Below are positions 1 to 20,786 of a stretch of DNA of 64,000 nucleotides, one piece after another. Under the pieces are notes generated by a model, which had not been told where the DNA came from, did no database searches, and saw only the letters and a list, made by a program, of their open reading frames with translations. The stretch spans positions 806,001-870,000 of the forward strand of contig CAVNZM010000008.1 in the NCBI GenBank assembly GCA_963693365.1, in the 5' to 3' direction. Numbering within the stretch: the first letter of the stretch is position 1; the number at the start of each line of letters is the position of its first letter. The position numbers and the translations under genes are program-made. The stretch is from Amoebidium appalachense (taxonomy: Eukaryota; Protista; Ichthyosporea).

Positions 1-323
1 CCCGCTCCCCTCTCTCTCAAACACTCCCTTTCAGTAGGAGGGGAGGGGCGGGGAGGGGGACCACTCAGTGACCTTCGGAAGGAGGGGTTGAGGGGGGGAT
101 AGTTTTGCCAAACTCGGTGACCGTGTGGTGGAGTGTGCGGTGTGTGTACAGTCTGTGTGTGTGTGTGTGTGTATGTGTGTGTGTGTGTGTGTGTGTCTCT
201 GTGCGCACGCGCACACGTACACGTGTGTGTGTGGGTGGGTGGGTGTGGGTGTGTGGGTGTGTCTCGGTGGTGTGTGTGTGTGTTACATGTGTGACACTGT
301 GTGTGTATGTGTGTATGTGTGTG

Positions 324-400
<77 letters not shown>

Positions 401-416
401 ACGCGTGTGTGCGTGC

Positions 417-527
<111 letters not shown>

Positions 528-901
528 CGTTTGTGTGTGTGCGTGTGCACGAACCCCCAGTGTATCTGTGCACGTTTTTCAAGGCTTTGATGAAGGTCTT
601 ATTCAGTACCGATGGCAGTTGGGCGGGAGGGGAGGGGGGGGGGGGAGGGGGGGGGGGGGGGGGGTATGGGGAGGGGAATTCGGAGGCTGCCAGTGACTCA
701 GAGGGGGCAGGGGTGGGGAACTTCGGGGAAGGGGGGGGGAGGGGGGGGGAGGGGAGAAGGAGGCGGGGGGGGGGGGGGGTCGGGGGACTGGGGCGGGGGG
801 AATGGCCCGGAAGAGGGGGAGCAGGGGGGAGGGGGGGACTCCGAGGGATGGGTTAAGGGGGAGGGGCCGCGGCAGGGGGGCGGAAGAAGGGGGGCCCGCG
901 G

Positions 902-937
<36 letters not shown>

Positions 938-2246
938 CCCTATAATAAGCATATAAGTTGGGCACGGTGACTATGACATATTCTTTCTCAAAAGAACTCG
1001 GCAAAGCAACAAATAGCCGCCGTGGCTGAGCCGCTCCGCGGCCGCCAGAGTCGATTGCTAAGCTACAAAATCAATCCGGCGCCAAATTCAATTAATAATA
1101 AGGGATCATCACGTAAGGGCCACCGTATTGCCCAACCGAAGTTTTCGGGCATGGCATACCATAAGGCATTTGCGTAAATTGTAGCCAATCAACTTACAAA
1201 GCACTTAACATTCTTTAAATTCTTTTATGAACATCAGGGTGTATTATATATAAGATGTAGATGTACGGAATACCAGATAACATTGGGGGGGAGGGGGGGG
1301 GGGGGGGGGGGGGGGGAATGTGCTGTTTATTAACGACATGTAGGTGAGCTGTGATGAGATGTCGGCACCAAGGCCAACAGTACTTCCACCCAACAAGATA
1401 TACATGTAAAAATCGATGTTACACTTACATCATACAGATTCTTATGTGGAGATATAACGTATCAGATAGACATCGTATGTGGAGATATAACGTTTTTTTT
1501 TGTGTTTTTTTTTACCGCACAAAATTCTGGGGATGGACATCACAGCAGCATATATGCGCAGACTCTTGTTTGTTTTCTGAGTGGGTCCAGCCGCTTAAGG
1601 TTAATTTAATACTTTACACCTTTATTAATATTTATTATGCTTCTTAGCTTCTACTACATCCTCGTACATAACCGAGAAGCCTCTTAGGAAGGGACCCAAA
1701 ACGGGAAACACAAATCCGGAAGGTGAAGTGCTGATTCCTACCCTGATCAGCTTGATGTTTATTGGCTCAGTTACTCTTCCCGAATCCCGTTGGAATGTGA
1801 TAGCCTGGCAGGCTCTTGGGCTGCCAGGCCGCTGCCTGGCAAGCTGACTCTGACGGTGACTTGAGTCTTTTTTGTTCAGCTTACGAGGTCTGTGTGGCAG
1901 TCTGGGTGCTACAGTAGTCACTTGTGAGTTCAGCAAATTATCATAGTGCCAGTTTATTTACATCTTTTTTTCCGGATTAGCGTTTTACTCTCAATACTAC
2001 TTTCTGTGTTTACTGTCCAGATCTCTGGCGGGGTGAGTGGGTGCCGATCAATGCTTGTTGCTGACTGCATTTTATGAGCCAACACACGACCCACCCCACC
2101 ATCTTCGGAGGAAAATAGTTATAGACCTGACATTTACACACTTTCTATTATATAGCATTAATATATCGTTGAACGGTTTCTTTGGGGTTTCTTTGTGAAC
2201 CAGAGGGCAGTTGTAGGTGTAGGGCAGGCCAGCACCTAACAGCAAC

Positions 2247-9350
<7,104 letters not shown>

Positions 9351-9410
9351 GGGGCCACATGCACACACATACCCACACACACACATACATACACACACAC
9401 ACACACATAC

Positions 9411-9464
<54 letters not shown>

Positions 9465-10112
9465 TGGATAGGCATGCGCGGTTGCGCATGCTCATGATCA
9501 CAAACATGCACACGGGCGGCCCGGGGCGCATATGGATGAGACGGGCGAGACATAAACAGTACACAAAGTTGGGTAGCAATGTATGGCGTAATATGAGCCT
9601 AGAGCCTAGCTAAACAGTAGTACCTCAGTGCTTAGAGGGTGATTCACATTTTCTGAGGTAGCAATGTAGCCATTTCCGAATGTCGTTGATGCATTGGTGA
9701 CTGAATGTCATTAACAACCAACTAATATAAGATGTGTACATATGCTGTCTCCGTATAGTTGTGTCTAGAATAAACACCTTCCAGTCAATGTGTTCAGTGA
9801 ATGGGTCATTATCCCCCAGACTGCATGCCAGATTGCCCACACCAACCCTTTAACGACCACTTCGGCCATGCCCGGGGGCCCCCATTCATCCCTGTCCATG
9901 GCCATGCAGTGTACAATGTGACAAACACCGTGGATGCTAGGCTATATCACTTGTGCCAAATGTTTCTGTACGTAACCGTGTGCACACATGCGACTGTTAT
10001 TGTGGGGATGCACAACTATTGGACCACCGATTCAAAAAATCACCGTGATTTCTTAATCATGCATCCCCCCCCCCCCCCTCTCCCCTCCCTCGCCATCGCT
10101 CTCTTCTAACCC

Positions 10113-10149
<37 letters not shown>

Positions 10150-10432
10150 ATGCACCCACCCGTGCACCCAACAGCGCCGAGAAACACCGACACATCATAT
10201 ACGTGTGTCTCTCTCAGTGCAGGCACACAAATGCTCGATTGCACCACAACTTGAGCACTCACTTTAATTTCAAGTTCACCTTTTAACCTATGAAAGGCTG
10301 AGTCGATCGGAGGCTAGTGCCGTAGTGATTTATGTTCCATCGATGGATGAAATAGGCCTAGGACAAGGGAAGTGTCCACGGTGCACCAGGGCATGCCCAA
10401 AATAGAAGCACACATGGTGTGCCGTGTGTGTG

Positions 10433-10486
<54 letters not shown>

Positions 10487-10955
10487 CGCGCGCGCGCGCG
10501 TGCGCGTGTGTATGCATGTGTGCTAACCAAATACCTACGTGCCGAGGTGTGAGTGCTATCGAAGTACGATTACATGTGGGCATTCAGTCCCGTTCAAAAT
10601 CCTAGTTCGTTTCTCTAATACATTTGCATAAACCCTCCTACATGCATAAAGCTATGTGTTGGGAACGTCTGCAACCTCCACATGCTTACAGATTAGGGGT
10701 CAGTCAGAAATACACACGGGGATATGCATATGGTACATACAGGCACATACAAAACGCCATGAATTTAAATTATTATCATTGGGCTTGAGCCACTCTTACG
10801 ATTCATCATGATAGAGCCGCGTGATTTAAAGACGAACAAACCAACGCGACTATTACCTCAAGAACTACTTTTGAGGATAAAACAAAAACATACGTCTGGT
10901 GCAAGCTCATACTTCAGTCCCCAAAAACCATACATGCAATCCAAAAAAAGCACAT

Positions 10956-13910
10956 TCAGTTATATATAGACAGCACCTGCGTGCCATCCGACAGCCCATT
11001 AGCCAGAATGCACCTGGGCAGCTTCTCCGTTAGGGAGTTGATCAACCCCATATACTGCAGGGGGTTCTTGTGTGCATCTGCCCCCGGCACAGGCAAATTC
11101 ATAATCACGAGGGTGGACCCCACAGACTCCTTCTCCATGGCCGCCTTCAACCGTGGCCCCAGCCACTGCTTGTTGACCATTTCGGGCAGGGGGGGTCTTT
11201 GGGTCGTGGCAACACCCAGCCAGTCAGACCCCACCCCGAGGTGCGAATTTGACCCGTCGCTGGCATGGCTGGCGCCTGCACCCAGCCCAGAAGAGCACGT
11301 GACCAGAATACGAACAGGTGTCTCATCCTCCGAAGTTGATGATGCGGCCTGTGATTGGCTGGCGGTTGCCGCGGTGGCCGGGTTGGCCTGTGGCTCAGAC
11401 TGAGTGGGGTCTGTGACGGTGAAGCGGGGGTGCTTGTGGGCCACCCCTGCAAGCTGGTCCACACACGACGGGAACGCAGATGCCGCCCGGCGCTGTTTGG
11501 CTGCCGCCATGGCCTGGTTGCGCGAAATGGTCCACTCGTTTGTGAATGGCTGGAAATCACGTGCGTCTAGTTCCACCACGTGCACCTCTGCAGGAATGCG
11601 CAGTGCGGTGAGTAGTTCTCGCAGCTGGCGCTCAATGTGCACCGAGTTGGTCTCGACCTCAGCAACAGTGAACAGGCGGAGGCGACAGTTGCGCCACGTG
11701 CGGTGGGTCTTCAGCAGATGCCCGACCAATAGCAGCAGGCCACCCTCCTGTACCACCCACCAGATGTCGATGCACCCCCGTAGCTTATCCTTGGTGCTGG
11801 GGAATGACGTCAGACCCTTGATGCACAGCAGAGCCTTGTTCTCGGCACGTGCCTGTGGGGAAGGGTGTTGGTTATGTGTGCAAGTGTGTGGATGTATTAT
11901 GTGATCTTGTTGTTTGTGCAGTCGTGTGTGGCCGGCAGTGTGGAGTAGGGATTATGAGGGCTGCGTTTGATTTGATGAACAATTGACAACGGAGGTTAAA
12001 AGGGCAACAGGCCCTTTCCTATTGGGTGTATGCAAGGGTATGCCTATACACTCGTTTGTGTGTATGTATTGGTGCGCAACTCCTTCCGCATGACGTATAA
12101 TGAACACGGCCATTTGCATGATAATGCGCTTCCGTTCTTTAGCCCTTTCTTGTCTTAACCCCCTCCCCCCTCCCCCCCTCTCCCCGAAGACACACACACA
12201 CACCCTTTCCCCCTTTTCCCCATTCCCCCACTACACACACACACATCTGCACCCACCCATCCCCAATCACATTTACACACACCCGCAATAACACCGCCTA
12301 GCCCCATCCTGCGGCCCTCCCTCCCCCCTCCCCCCGCCCCCCTTCCCTCCCCTCCCCCCATTCCTCCCCCCTCTCCCAACACCGTCCCCCCCCCCCCCCC
12401 CCCCCTCTCCCTCTCCCTCTCCCCCTCCACCCCCCCACCCACCCACACATACACGCACATACCTGCGTGATGAGGTTGAAGATCAGCGATGCCGTCCTCT
12501 CTGTGTCCTCACTGGGCCAGCCAACCACCACCGTGTTAGGCCGCAGGGACCCTAGCCCCGCCGTCTGCAGCATAATATTTGTGCCCAGCTCTACTGAGGG
12601 TGCCGATGTGACCTCGGTGAACCCCTGCAGCTTATGGGCCTTCATGTGCACTTTCAGCGCCGCCCGCCTCTCCCTGACCTGTGTGGCCATCTCTGCTGTG
12701 GACTGGCCCTCCCTCACCACCACACTGCCCACCATGATCAGGGCCCCTCTCCTCGTCTCCTTGGTCAACATGCGCACAAAGTGCAGTAGGTGGCTATGTT
12801 CGGCCACAATCCCCCCGTCCGTCTCCATGCGCACCAGCGCGAGAATCTGCGGCCGCCACTGCCGCCCACTGGCACCGCCGCCTGATTGTTGTGCCGGTGG
12901 ATTCACCAGTGGTTTTGCTGCGCCCGACGCATCCCCCTTAACACCATCCTCCTTAACGCCCTCGGCAGCACACGTGGCCATGGTAGCCACTGCAGCTAGT
13001 TCGTCCTGCTGGCTGCTATCCGGCAGCATGGGGGCAGTGTCTACGTCCCCGTCCTCCTCAGCCAATAGGGACTCTAGCGCCAGGTGAAGTTTAAGGCCAC
13101 GCACACCCTGGCCCCAGATGGAGGATGAGCCCTTCACCTCGATGTAGAGTGCTACAAGAATAAACACAACCGTGGCTACGATCGTGAAGATCCACTGGAT
13201 CGTAAACATGGTCGAGATCGCAACGAAAAACCCTAAAAGCGCCGTGAAAAATCGGTGGTAGAAGCGGAATTTGGGGCGCCATGAGGGTGCTTGGAGCACA
13301 GACATAAGGAAACAACTGAAATTCACGAGTGCGTAGGCGAGAAGAAACAACAGGGCCACCACGGTTGCTATGAAGTCCAGGTTGGGGGCAAAGAGGAAGG
13401 GGAAGGCAATAACGAGGGCCACGCCCAGAGACCGTCCAGCCACGCCATTTGACAGCTCCTGCATGTGGGGAACACGTTTCAATGCCACACACCACCGTGC
13501 ACAGACATCACCTGTGATATACCCCCCCCCCCCCCTCCCCCCCCCCTCCCCACCCCCCCCCCCCCCCCAAAAAAAAAACAAAAAAAACAAAAAAAAAACC
13601 CCCTAGCATTCTTGGAGGAGGAGGCTTTTAGTTTCGTACTTCTGCCAATATACATCCAGCCTCTTACCCGTGAAAACATTGGCACGCTCATAACCACATA
13701 CAACCCAGCTCACAACAACATGCTGCACACACGGAGACCATGCACACACACAAGCATGCCGGCGGGTGATGCACATGTACACAACCGGGGTGCAAGCATG
13801 TACAAATACGCACACGCACGCAGCACCCACAAAGACGTGCACACAACAAGAGCACAGGCGCATGCAGGCATGCATACACGCACGTGAGCACATGTGTGGC
13901 AGCCCGAAAC

Positions 13911-13989
<79 letters not shown>

Positions 13990-14287
13990 GAAACACGCCC
14001 GCACACGAACGCCTAGAGACCGACACGCACGCAGGGAGACATGACAAAAAATCCAACGTCAAACACAACGATAGGGGAACAGCCGTTGTATGGCCCACGA
14101 ACTAAGGCACCCCTAATCCACACCTCTGCCTCACGCACACCACTTTCATTATATTATGAAGCAGCTGGTGCACACAACCATCCCTTCCCCCCCCCCCCCC
14201 CCCCCCCCCCCTTCTTCCCCCCCCCCCCCCCCCCCCTTCTTCCCCCATCACCACACCGACCCCTTCCTCCCTCCCCCCCCCCCCTCC

Positions 14288-14318
<31 letters not shown>

Positions 14319-16311
14319 ACCCTCCCGGTCACTCCCTTCTTACCCAATCCTCTGTCCCCCCCAATCCCCAACACCCCCCACCCCCACCCCACCCCACTTT
14401 CCCCCTAAAACCTTACCTCCCCATCTCTCTCCCCAAAGCCAGGGCATCTCCACCTCCCTTCTCAGCTTCACACATGCACTCTTTCCCTGCCCCCCTCCGC
14501 TCCCTCCCCCCTCCGCACACTCCTTCCGTCCTCCTTTCACCTTCAAAGCACTCCTTTTATCTCCCCCAACCAATTTGTTACACCACTCTCATGCAGCGCC
14601 CAAGTGTGCCCCTGTGCCTTCTACCTCACACAACCAGCCACCAACACTGGCACGTACTCGTTGTTCTGTCCCACCAATCTTTTGTCCAAACACGGTGGAC
14701 CAACAATCCCCAGTACCCCCAGCAGCCCCCCCCCCCCCCCCCCCCCCCCCCCACACACACACCCACCAAAACAACCCCTCCCTCGCCTCCCCCCCCCCCC
14801 CTTCCTCCCCCCCCCCCCTCCCCCTCATGTCCAAGCCCTGCGCTCTCTTATCAGTAGAGACAAGCAGCCACACACCAATATGTCCGACCACCACTCTCTT
14901 TCTAACCAACCTCCGCCTCCAACAGTCCCCCTTCCCCCCAAACACACACACACACACACATCACTCCCAAGACGAAGACACACCCACGCACCTTGTCAAA
15001 ACCCAAGGTCAGCAGCACGGGTATGATGTTGTCTGCCGCTATGCTCTTGAGCACGTGCTGGGATATGGCCAGCAGCTCCATGGCCGCACCAACCCCCACC
15101 ACCAACATGCCAGTCATCGTTATCCACTTGGTGGGCCACGCTACCAGCTCAAACAGGAGGAACGTCTCCTTGAGGGTCTCGCGTGGAGCCACGGCACCCA
15201 ACAGACAGAAGATGATGATGTAAAACGTGAGCGAGGTTAGAATTGCGCTAAACCCACCCAAGGGGATAGATCGATGCGGGGTGAGTAGGCGGTGAGCCTG
15301 GTTTGCACCTGTGAAGATACCGATGAAGCAAGGGAACACGTAGGAGAGCACCCAGTTGAAGTTTTTGCCGTCTGTGTAGCCAGGACCCATGTTCTCTTGG
15401 AAGGTAGACCAGGATATGCCCGTGATAACATATGTCGCATTATTGGCCATGGTGTGCTCACCAACCTGCCAGCCGAAACCCGACCCGATCAAACCGGCAA
15501 TGGCGGCAGCATACGCAGCCATAAGTATGACCATAAACACCATTCCGATGCCGTCCACCACCTTATGGCCCATGTAGCTGCACAGCGCCACCACCGCAAA
15601 CACCATCACGCCGAATATTATCTGATCGAGATAGCTGCTGCTGGTCATCACGTGCCCCGCCTCCTCCAACAAAACGTTCGCCACCGCTTCCGTAAAACCG
15701 ACCATTTCCACCGTAGACATCACCGTAAGCCCGAGAAAATATAGCAGACTGACAGACCCTCCCAAAGACGGGCCCAGCGACCTTGTAAGAAGGTGATAAA
15801 CCCCCCCTTCTGACGACTGTACGCCGTTTGTAGCAAGTGCCGATACCGACGAGGCCGTCAAAGCCACCACCACAGCACTCAGAACAGCACTCAATATGGC
15901 CTGTCCCACCCCTGCCTGGCCAACCACCTCGCCATAGCGGATGAAGATAATCACCCCCCACATAGTCAAGCACGTAGGCATGTACACGCCCTTGAAGGTG
16001 CCCAACTTATGGTCTCCGTGACCTCCTTTCTCGCCATCCTCCCCTGCCTCCTCCCCCGGGAATATATTCATCACATAGTCGCCCGGGTTGTTGTTCATGT
16101 GAATGTTAGAAACTAGAGACTCCCGCCCCACACCAGACCCCCGTGCTACAGAGCTACGTCTAGGTGAGCCATCCTGCCCAGTTCTCGAGTGAAGACTTTG
16201 GCGGGCGCTTCCATTCTGTTTGGCTTGAGGTGGGGTGGGTGCGAGCGTTTGTGTGGTGGGTGCAGTGAAACCCTCCTCAATGGTGAGAAGTTGGGAGGGT
16301 CGGGAGGCCAT
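10956..16311 (-). CDS. SLC12-family cation-chloride cotransporter (KCC-like C-terminus), 3 exons, ~1070 aa
   Basis: Exons 16311-14992, 13458-12463, 11852-10956, all phase 0. Motifs: KLGTFKGVYMP..WGVIIFIR, ALATNG...GGVYHLLTRSLGP, APSWRPKFRFYH, QWRPQIL, QTAGLGSLRPNTVVVGWP, IDIWWVVQEGGLLLL, WRNCRLRLFTVAE, LVIMNLPVP. Confidence 0.92.
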
Positions 16312-17004
16312 GTCGTTGCATGTAGCCCCCAGCAATGAAAACTACAATGTGACTTCAATGAATAGAGAAAACTCGCACACCAGCATTCATGGCATGATTC
16401 TTCTAAACGTGAAAGGTGCGGAGTTTGGAAACCTGATAAATGGACATGGCACGTCACACAAGAGTTTTCATCTGAGCACTGTGGTATCGTCTCTGCATAC
16501 TCCTACCGCTTCCTTTTATCGGTTACGGTCACCCTTTTTCATTAGATTTTCAATGAGAAAAATAAACTATGAATCAGTAAAAAGGTAGAAAATTCAATTT
16601 GAATCAACATTTAGGGTTTTAAGAGACCTTCACGGCCACCTTTGATTGGGTACCGTTTGTAGTTGGCATGCGCTGAAGAACAAAGTAAATGATTTTACAC
16701 CAATAGATGGTAGAAATATGTTTTTGTATTTCATACATTCAATGCACGTGTGGGATATAGCACGTTTGCTAAACATGTTGAGCTATTGACTCATTTATAT
16801 TAAGGACCAGGTTACAGCCTCTATATAATATCAGAAACTTTTGAGCATTCAGCTCTCTAATATTATTATCATTAGTTACAATGTGGCATACCCGGCTGCA
16901 TCAACATTGATGATCACGGGGCTGACTCATTGAGCATCTACAAGCCAATAGCTGCTCAGTGCCCTTCCTTATCAATTGCCTAACGCTCAAGTTCCAGTCT
17001 GGTG

Positions 17005-17270
17005 ACACCCCAGTGACACCCGTGCTGAGGCAACTGCGGGCGGCGCCTGTTGCCTGCATCAGTCAACTGCAGCACCGTGCCAACTGCAACAGGAGTGGCA
17101 AGTACAGGGCCGGCAGTGACCGCCTATGTACACCCGGCGCACTGTCAACTGTACTGAGTGGCAGTACAGTTGACGGTGCCGGCTGTAGTAGCCGAGTGAC
17201 AAAAGGGCCCCGAGGCTCTATATATCTTCCAGGCCCCGGCCCCGGTCTCACTAAGGCGCGCTCTCAGTAC
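17005..17270 (+). promoter_or_regulatory. Promoter-like GC-rich element with clustered CAACTG/CAGTTG sites, a long inverted repeat and a TATA-like box
   Basis: Five CAACTG/CAGTTG hexamers lie within ~150 bp. GTGACACCC occurs twice, there is a hairpin at 17129-17187, TATATAT at ~17219 and a TCAGT initiator-like motif at ~17264. Confidence 0.35.
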
Positions 17271-17373
17271 TCTCTCGTTCTCTTTCCCCCCCACCTTCCC
17301 GGGCCCCTTCTCCCCCCCCCCCCCCCCCCCCTCTCTCGCGTTCTCCCTCTCTCCCTCTCTCTCTCTCTCCCCG

Positions 17374-17414
<41 letters not shown>

Positions 17415-17439
17415 CTCTATCTCTCGCTATCTCTCTCTC

Positions 17440-17479
<40 letters not shown>

Positions 17480-18089
17480 GAGAGCCTCTTCTATTTCTTT
17501 CTCTCTCTCTCTCTCTCCCTCTCCTCTCCCCACACACGCCATACACACAGTTCAAAGTTCTCTCTTTCTCTCTCCGAGGCTCTCTCTCTCGCTCTCTCTC
17601 TCTGTCCCTCTCTCACTCACACACTCTCTCCCTTCGCCCCCCCCCCCCCCACACAAAGCACACACGTACACACGCACACACACAGACTCTCTCTCTCTCC
17701 TCTCTCTCTCTCTTCTTCTCCCTCTTCCTTGCCCCCCTTCTCTCTCAGGCTAACTCTTCCATCCCCCCTTCCCCCCTCTCTCTCCCTCTTTCCCTCCCCC
17801 CTCACCCCATCACACACACAACACACACACACTCACGCAAACACACACACACTGCCCAGTACTGGCAGTGACAACACAAACACGTAAAAAGGGTCACATG
17901 CCAGTGTTTAGTGACTTGGCACAAGTGCGCACACGCACACGTGCACACACACACTATGGCACTCACCCGCATTCTCAAACACTCTATGTACAAGTGTAGG
18001 TATGCATCCGCACATGCCACCACACACGACACACGCACACACACGTACGTACACACAAGCTTGTTCACACGTCGGCGATTACACGGTGG

Positions 18090-18619
18090 GTGGGTAGCTG
18101 TGGGTCACGGGGCCAAGCTACTTCTGTAGGACTAGAGCCAGGCCCACGAGTCTGAATCAAATAAGGCCAACGACGTCGACAAGCGTCCAGTAGAGTCAAA
18201 CACATACCACGACAGATAAAGGCACATGTAGAAATATAGAGTGCTCAACCGACACTATATAGAACATAGGACACAGTCCAGCAGCGTCTTATCCTGCGGT
18301 CGGGTGCAACTGGCAGCATGTTCCTATAGCTAAACGTGTACAATGATATGCCACCTGCAATGAGCACGACTTGTGTTTTGCGATGTTCCGCAATAACGAC
18401 TATGGGCACCACAAGCACATCCCTTATGATGACCTGATCCAACACTATCAATACATAATATCTCTGGCACTCTCTGGCATCGACATCGATAAAGAAACCT
18501 GGCAAGGTCTAACTTATAGGCCTCAGGACACAGGCAGTAGTCTCGTGGCCCCACAGCTTATTATACCATCTGACCTAGAGCCCAACATACCCCAATTTGC
18601 AAGCAAAACCGTTTATTAA
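18090..18619 (+). pseudogene. Degenerate coding relic, possibly the 3' end of a non-LTR retrotransposon ORF
   Basis: One frame reads DKGTCRNIECSTDTI*NIGH...CNWQH...*YATCNEHDLCFAMFRNNDYG... with in-frame stops and continues into ORF 18371-18619. The C..C...(E)..H pattern recalls the C-terminal zinc knuckle of LINE ORF2. Confidence 0.3.
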
Positions 18620-20786
18620 TCCTGCAAGTGCTGCGCATACTCCAACAGCAGCAACACCACAAAGCTACAAGCAAACTTCGACGCACACGGCACACCACCT
18701 GGATACTCACACACACACCGACTGCTTCACCGGGACATCACACGATGCGCGCATGCCCTAGGCTCATGCTAGCCAAAACAACTTTTCCTTCAGTTTTTGC
18801 GGATAGAAATATCGTGAAAAGCTTGCTAGCTAATAGGGTGACCGACTTTTCAAGTGGTCAGAGAAAAGCACTTTTTTTCTCGCGAGATAAGTGCCACTTC
18901 ACAACCATATTCCTACTTTTTTATTGTTTTATATATGTTCTCTCTACGGTGCCGTCTTGTTCCATCTTAGTAAAGCCATAGCTGTGGCGCCTGTATAACC
19001 TTAGTTTGAATTCCTCAGGACAACGCCAAGAAATACACCTGTTCGTTGCATCAAAACTGTTCAATATCACTACACTCGGTGGCTGCACACTTCACATTAT
19101 CTTTCCCCTCAATTCCGAAACGTTTCACTATTTCAATTGCTATGCACACTAAGCAGTATAGGTCGGCTCCTCCGGTCAAAATCCTCCACGTACAAGGTTA
19201 AAGTACATACATACACACGTCAGCGCAAGAGCAAAGAGAAAGGGCATCGGCCATGCTAGAGCCAAATTTCCACTACGAGTACACTCACAGACTCAGCAGT
19301 GACTCAGCACAGCTGTCGACCAGCTGCAGATTACACTGGACAGTGGACTGGACTGACTGGTGCGAACTGATTGGATTATGGTCACGCCTTTGTGTCACAT
19401 TGCCGGCCTATTCGTGAGCATTCGGTGGTACCAGTGTTCTTTGCGGGGTTTTATGACCCAATCATGCCGTTGGTAGCGTGCAAATAAGCTGGTTAAACAT
19501 TTAAAGGCTTGTCATCCAATCACATCATGTTGTAGAAAAAGCAAGCGTCTATCCTTGTTGCCGAAAAGCACGAGCCTTCTCGAACGTCCCCACAGCGCCA
19601 TAGATTTTCTGATCTCCAAGCTCATAGTGAATTCTAATCTTCTTCCCTTATTTCGAAGAGAATAATGTTAAAAATATGTGAAGTCGAAAAATAATACATT
19701 GATACATTTTGAATAGCGTTTAAATAAGCTTTATATATACATCTATTGATGGTTTTTATTTGCCCTTTTACCGCGCTCTTCAGATTTGCCGGCAGAGCGC
19801 CACATGGCTCGGGCGTCTTGGCGGCAAAAAACTCTTAAAAGGCACATGGTTGAAAAAAAGTGCCGTGGTTCAAGCGAGAGGGAGTCACAGTGGTGCCATT
19901 TTTTCTTACTCGAAGAGCTCATATAACTTCGCTAGTTCTTTATGCTGGTCTGTACCCTTTGAAAGGATTTGTTTGACACACAAGGTTGCTTATTGAGTTC
20001 ACACCTGTTTACAGTGCTTATAGTTTGGGTTGGTTCAGTGAGTGCGCCGTCCACTAGCAGTTACAAAACGGTATTTTTTTTAAATTGGTGCACCACCTAC
20101 CTCGTTAAGTGACGAACAGGGCCGAAGCAGAGCTTGTAGCGTGCGGGCTTCCGTGCCTTGACACAGTTGTTAGCAGCAGCGTACTGTATTTTGGTGAGTG
20201 CTGAATGTCATACCATGACTGTGCAAAGCTGACTTCTTTGTTCCTTTTTACATGTACGTAGAACTCGCGGAAGTGGCTTGCCAACATATTTTTTGTGCTC
20301 CTTATGGGGACGTCTATTTTTTACAACCATGGCCACAGCATTAGAGTGAACGAGGCTAGTTTGAGACTGCTAGATGTGTGGATCTTTTGGTTTAACTGCC
20401 CGTTTTGGGGGTGTGCTTTAGGACACAGGGGACGAACTGTGGGGTACAGTAGTGTTATGTGCAGGCGGATGACAACCTATCTCTCACGTGTCTACGGGCC
20501 TCTCTCTGATTATTTACCATCTTCGTGTCCGTGTCAGGCACAGCAGACGTGTTGGGTGTGTTATGTGCATACAGCTACAACGTTTTCTTTGTTCGCTGCA
20601 GCACTTCCTGTCCGACTTGTTTGTTGCTGTTCGAGGGGCAAAAGTGGGCGTGTCACGGTAGTTGTCCAGTGGTGGCTCCTGTTGTGCAGTTAGTCGGCTT
20701 GTAAACCGTAAGTGTGATTGTAAAGCCTGTGCAGTGCAGTTGCTTACTGTTCTCTCCCCTCCCCACCATACAGACACACTGCCACG

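Noticed and set aside
1443-1494. 18-bp direct repeat TATGTGGAGATATAACGT
   Set aside because: A simple local duplication with no further structure.
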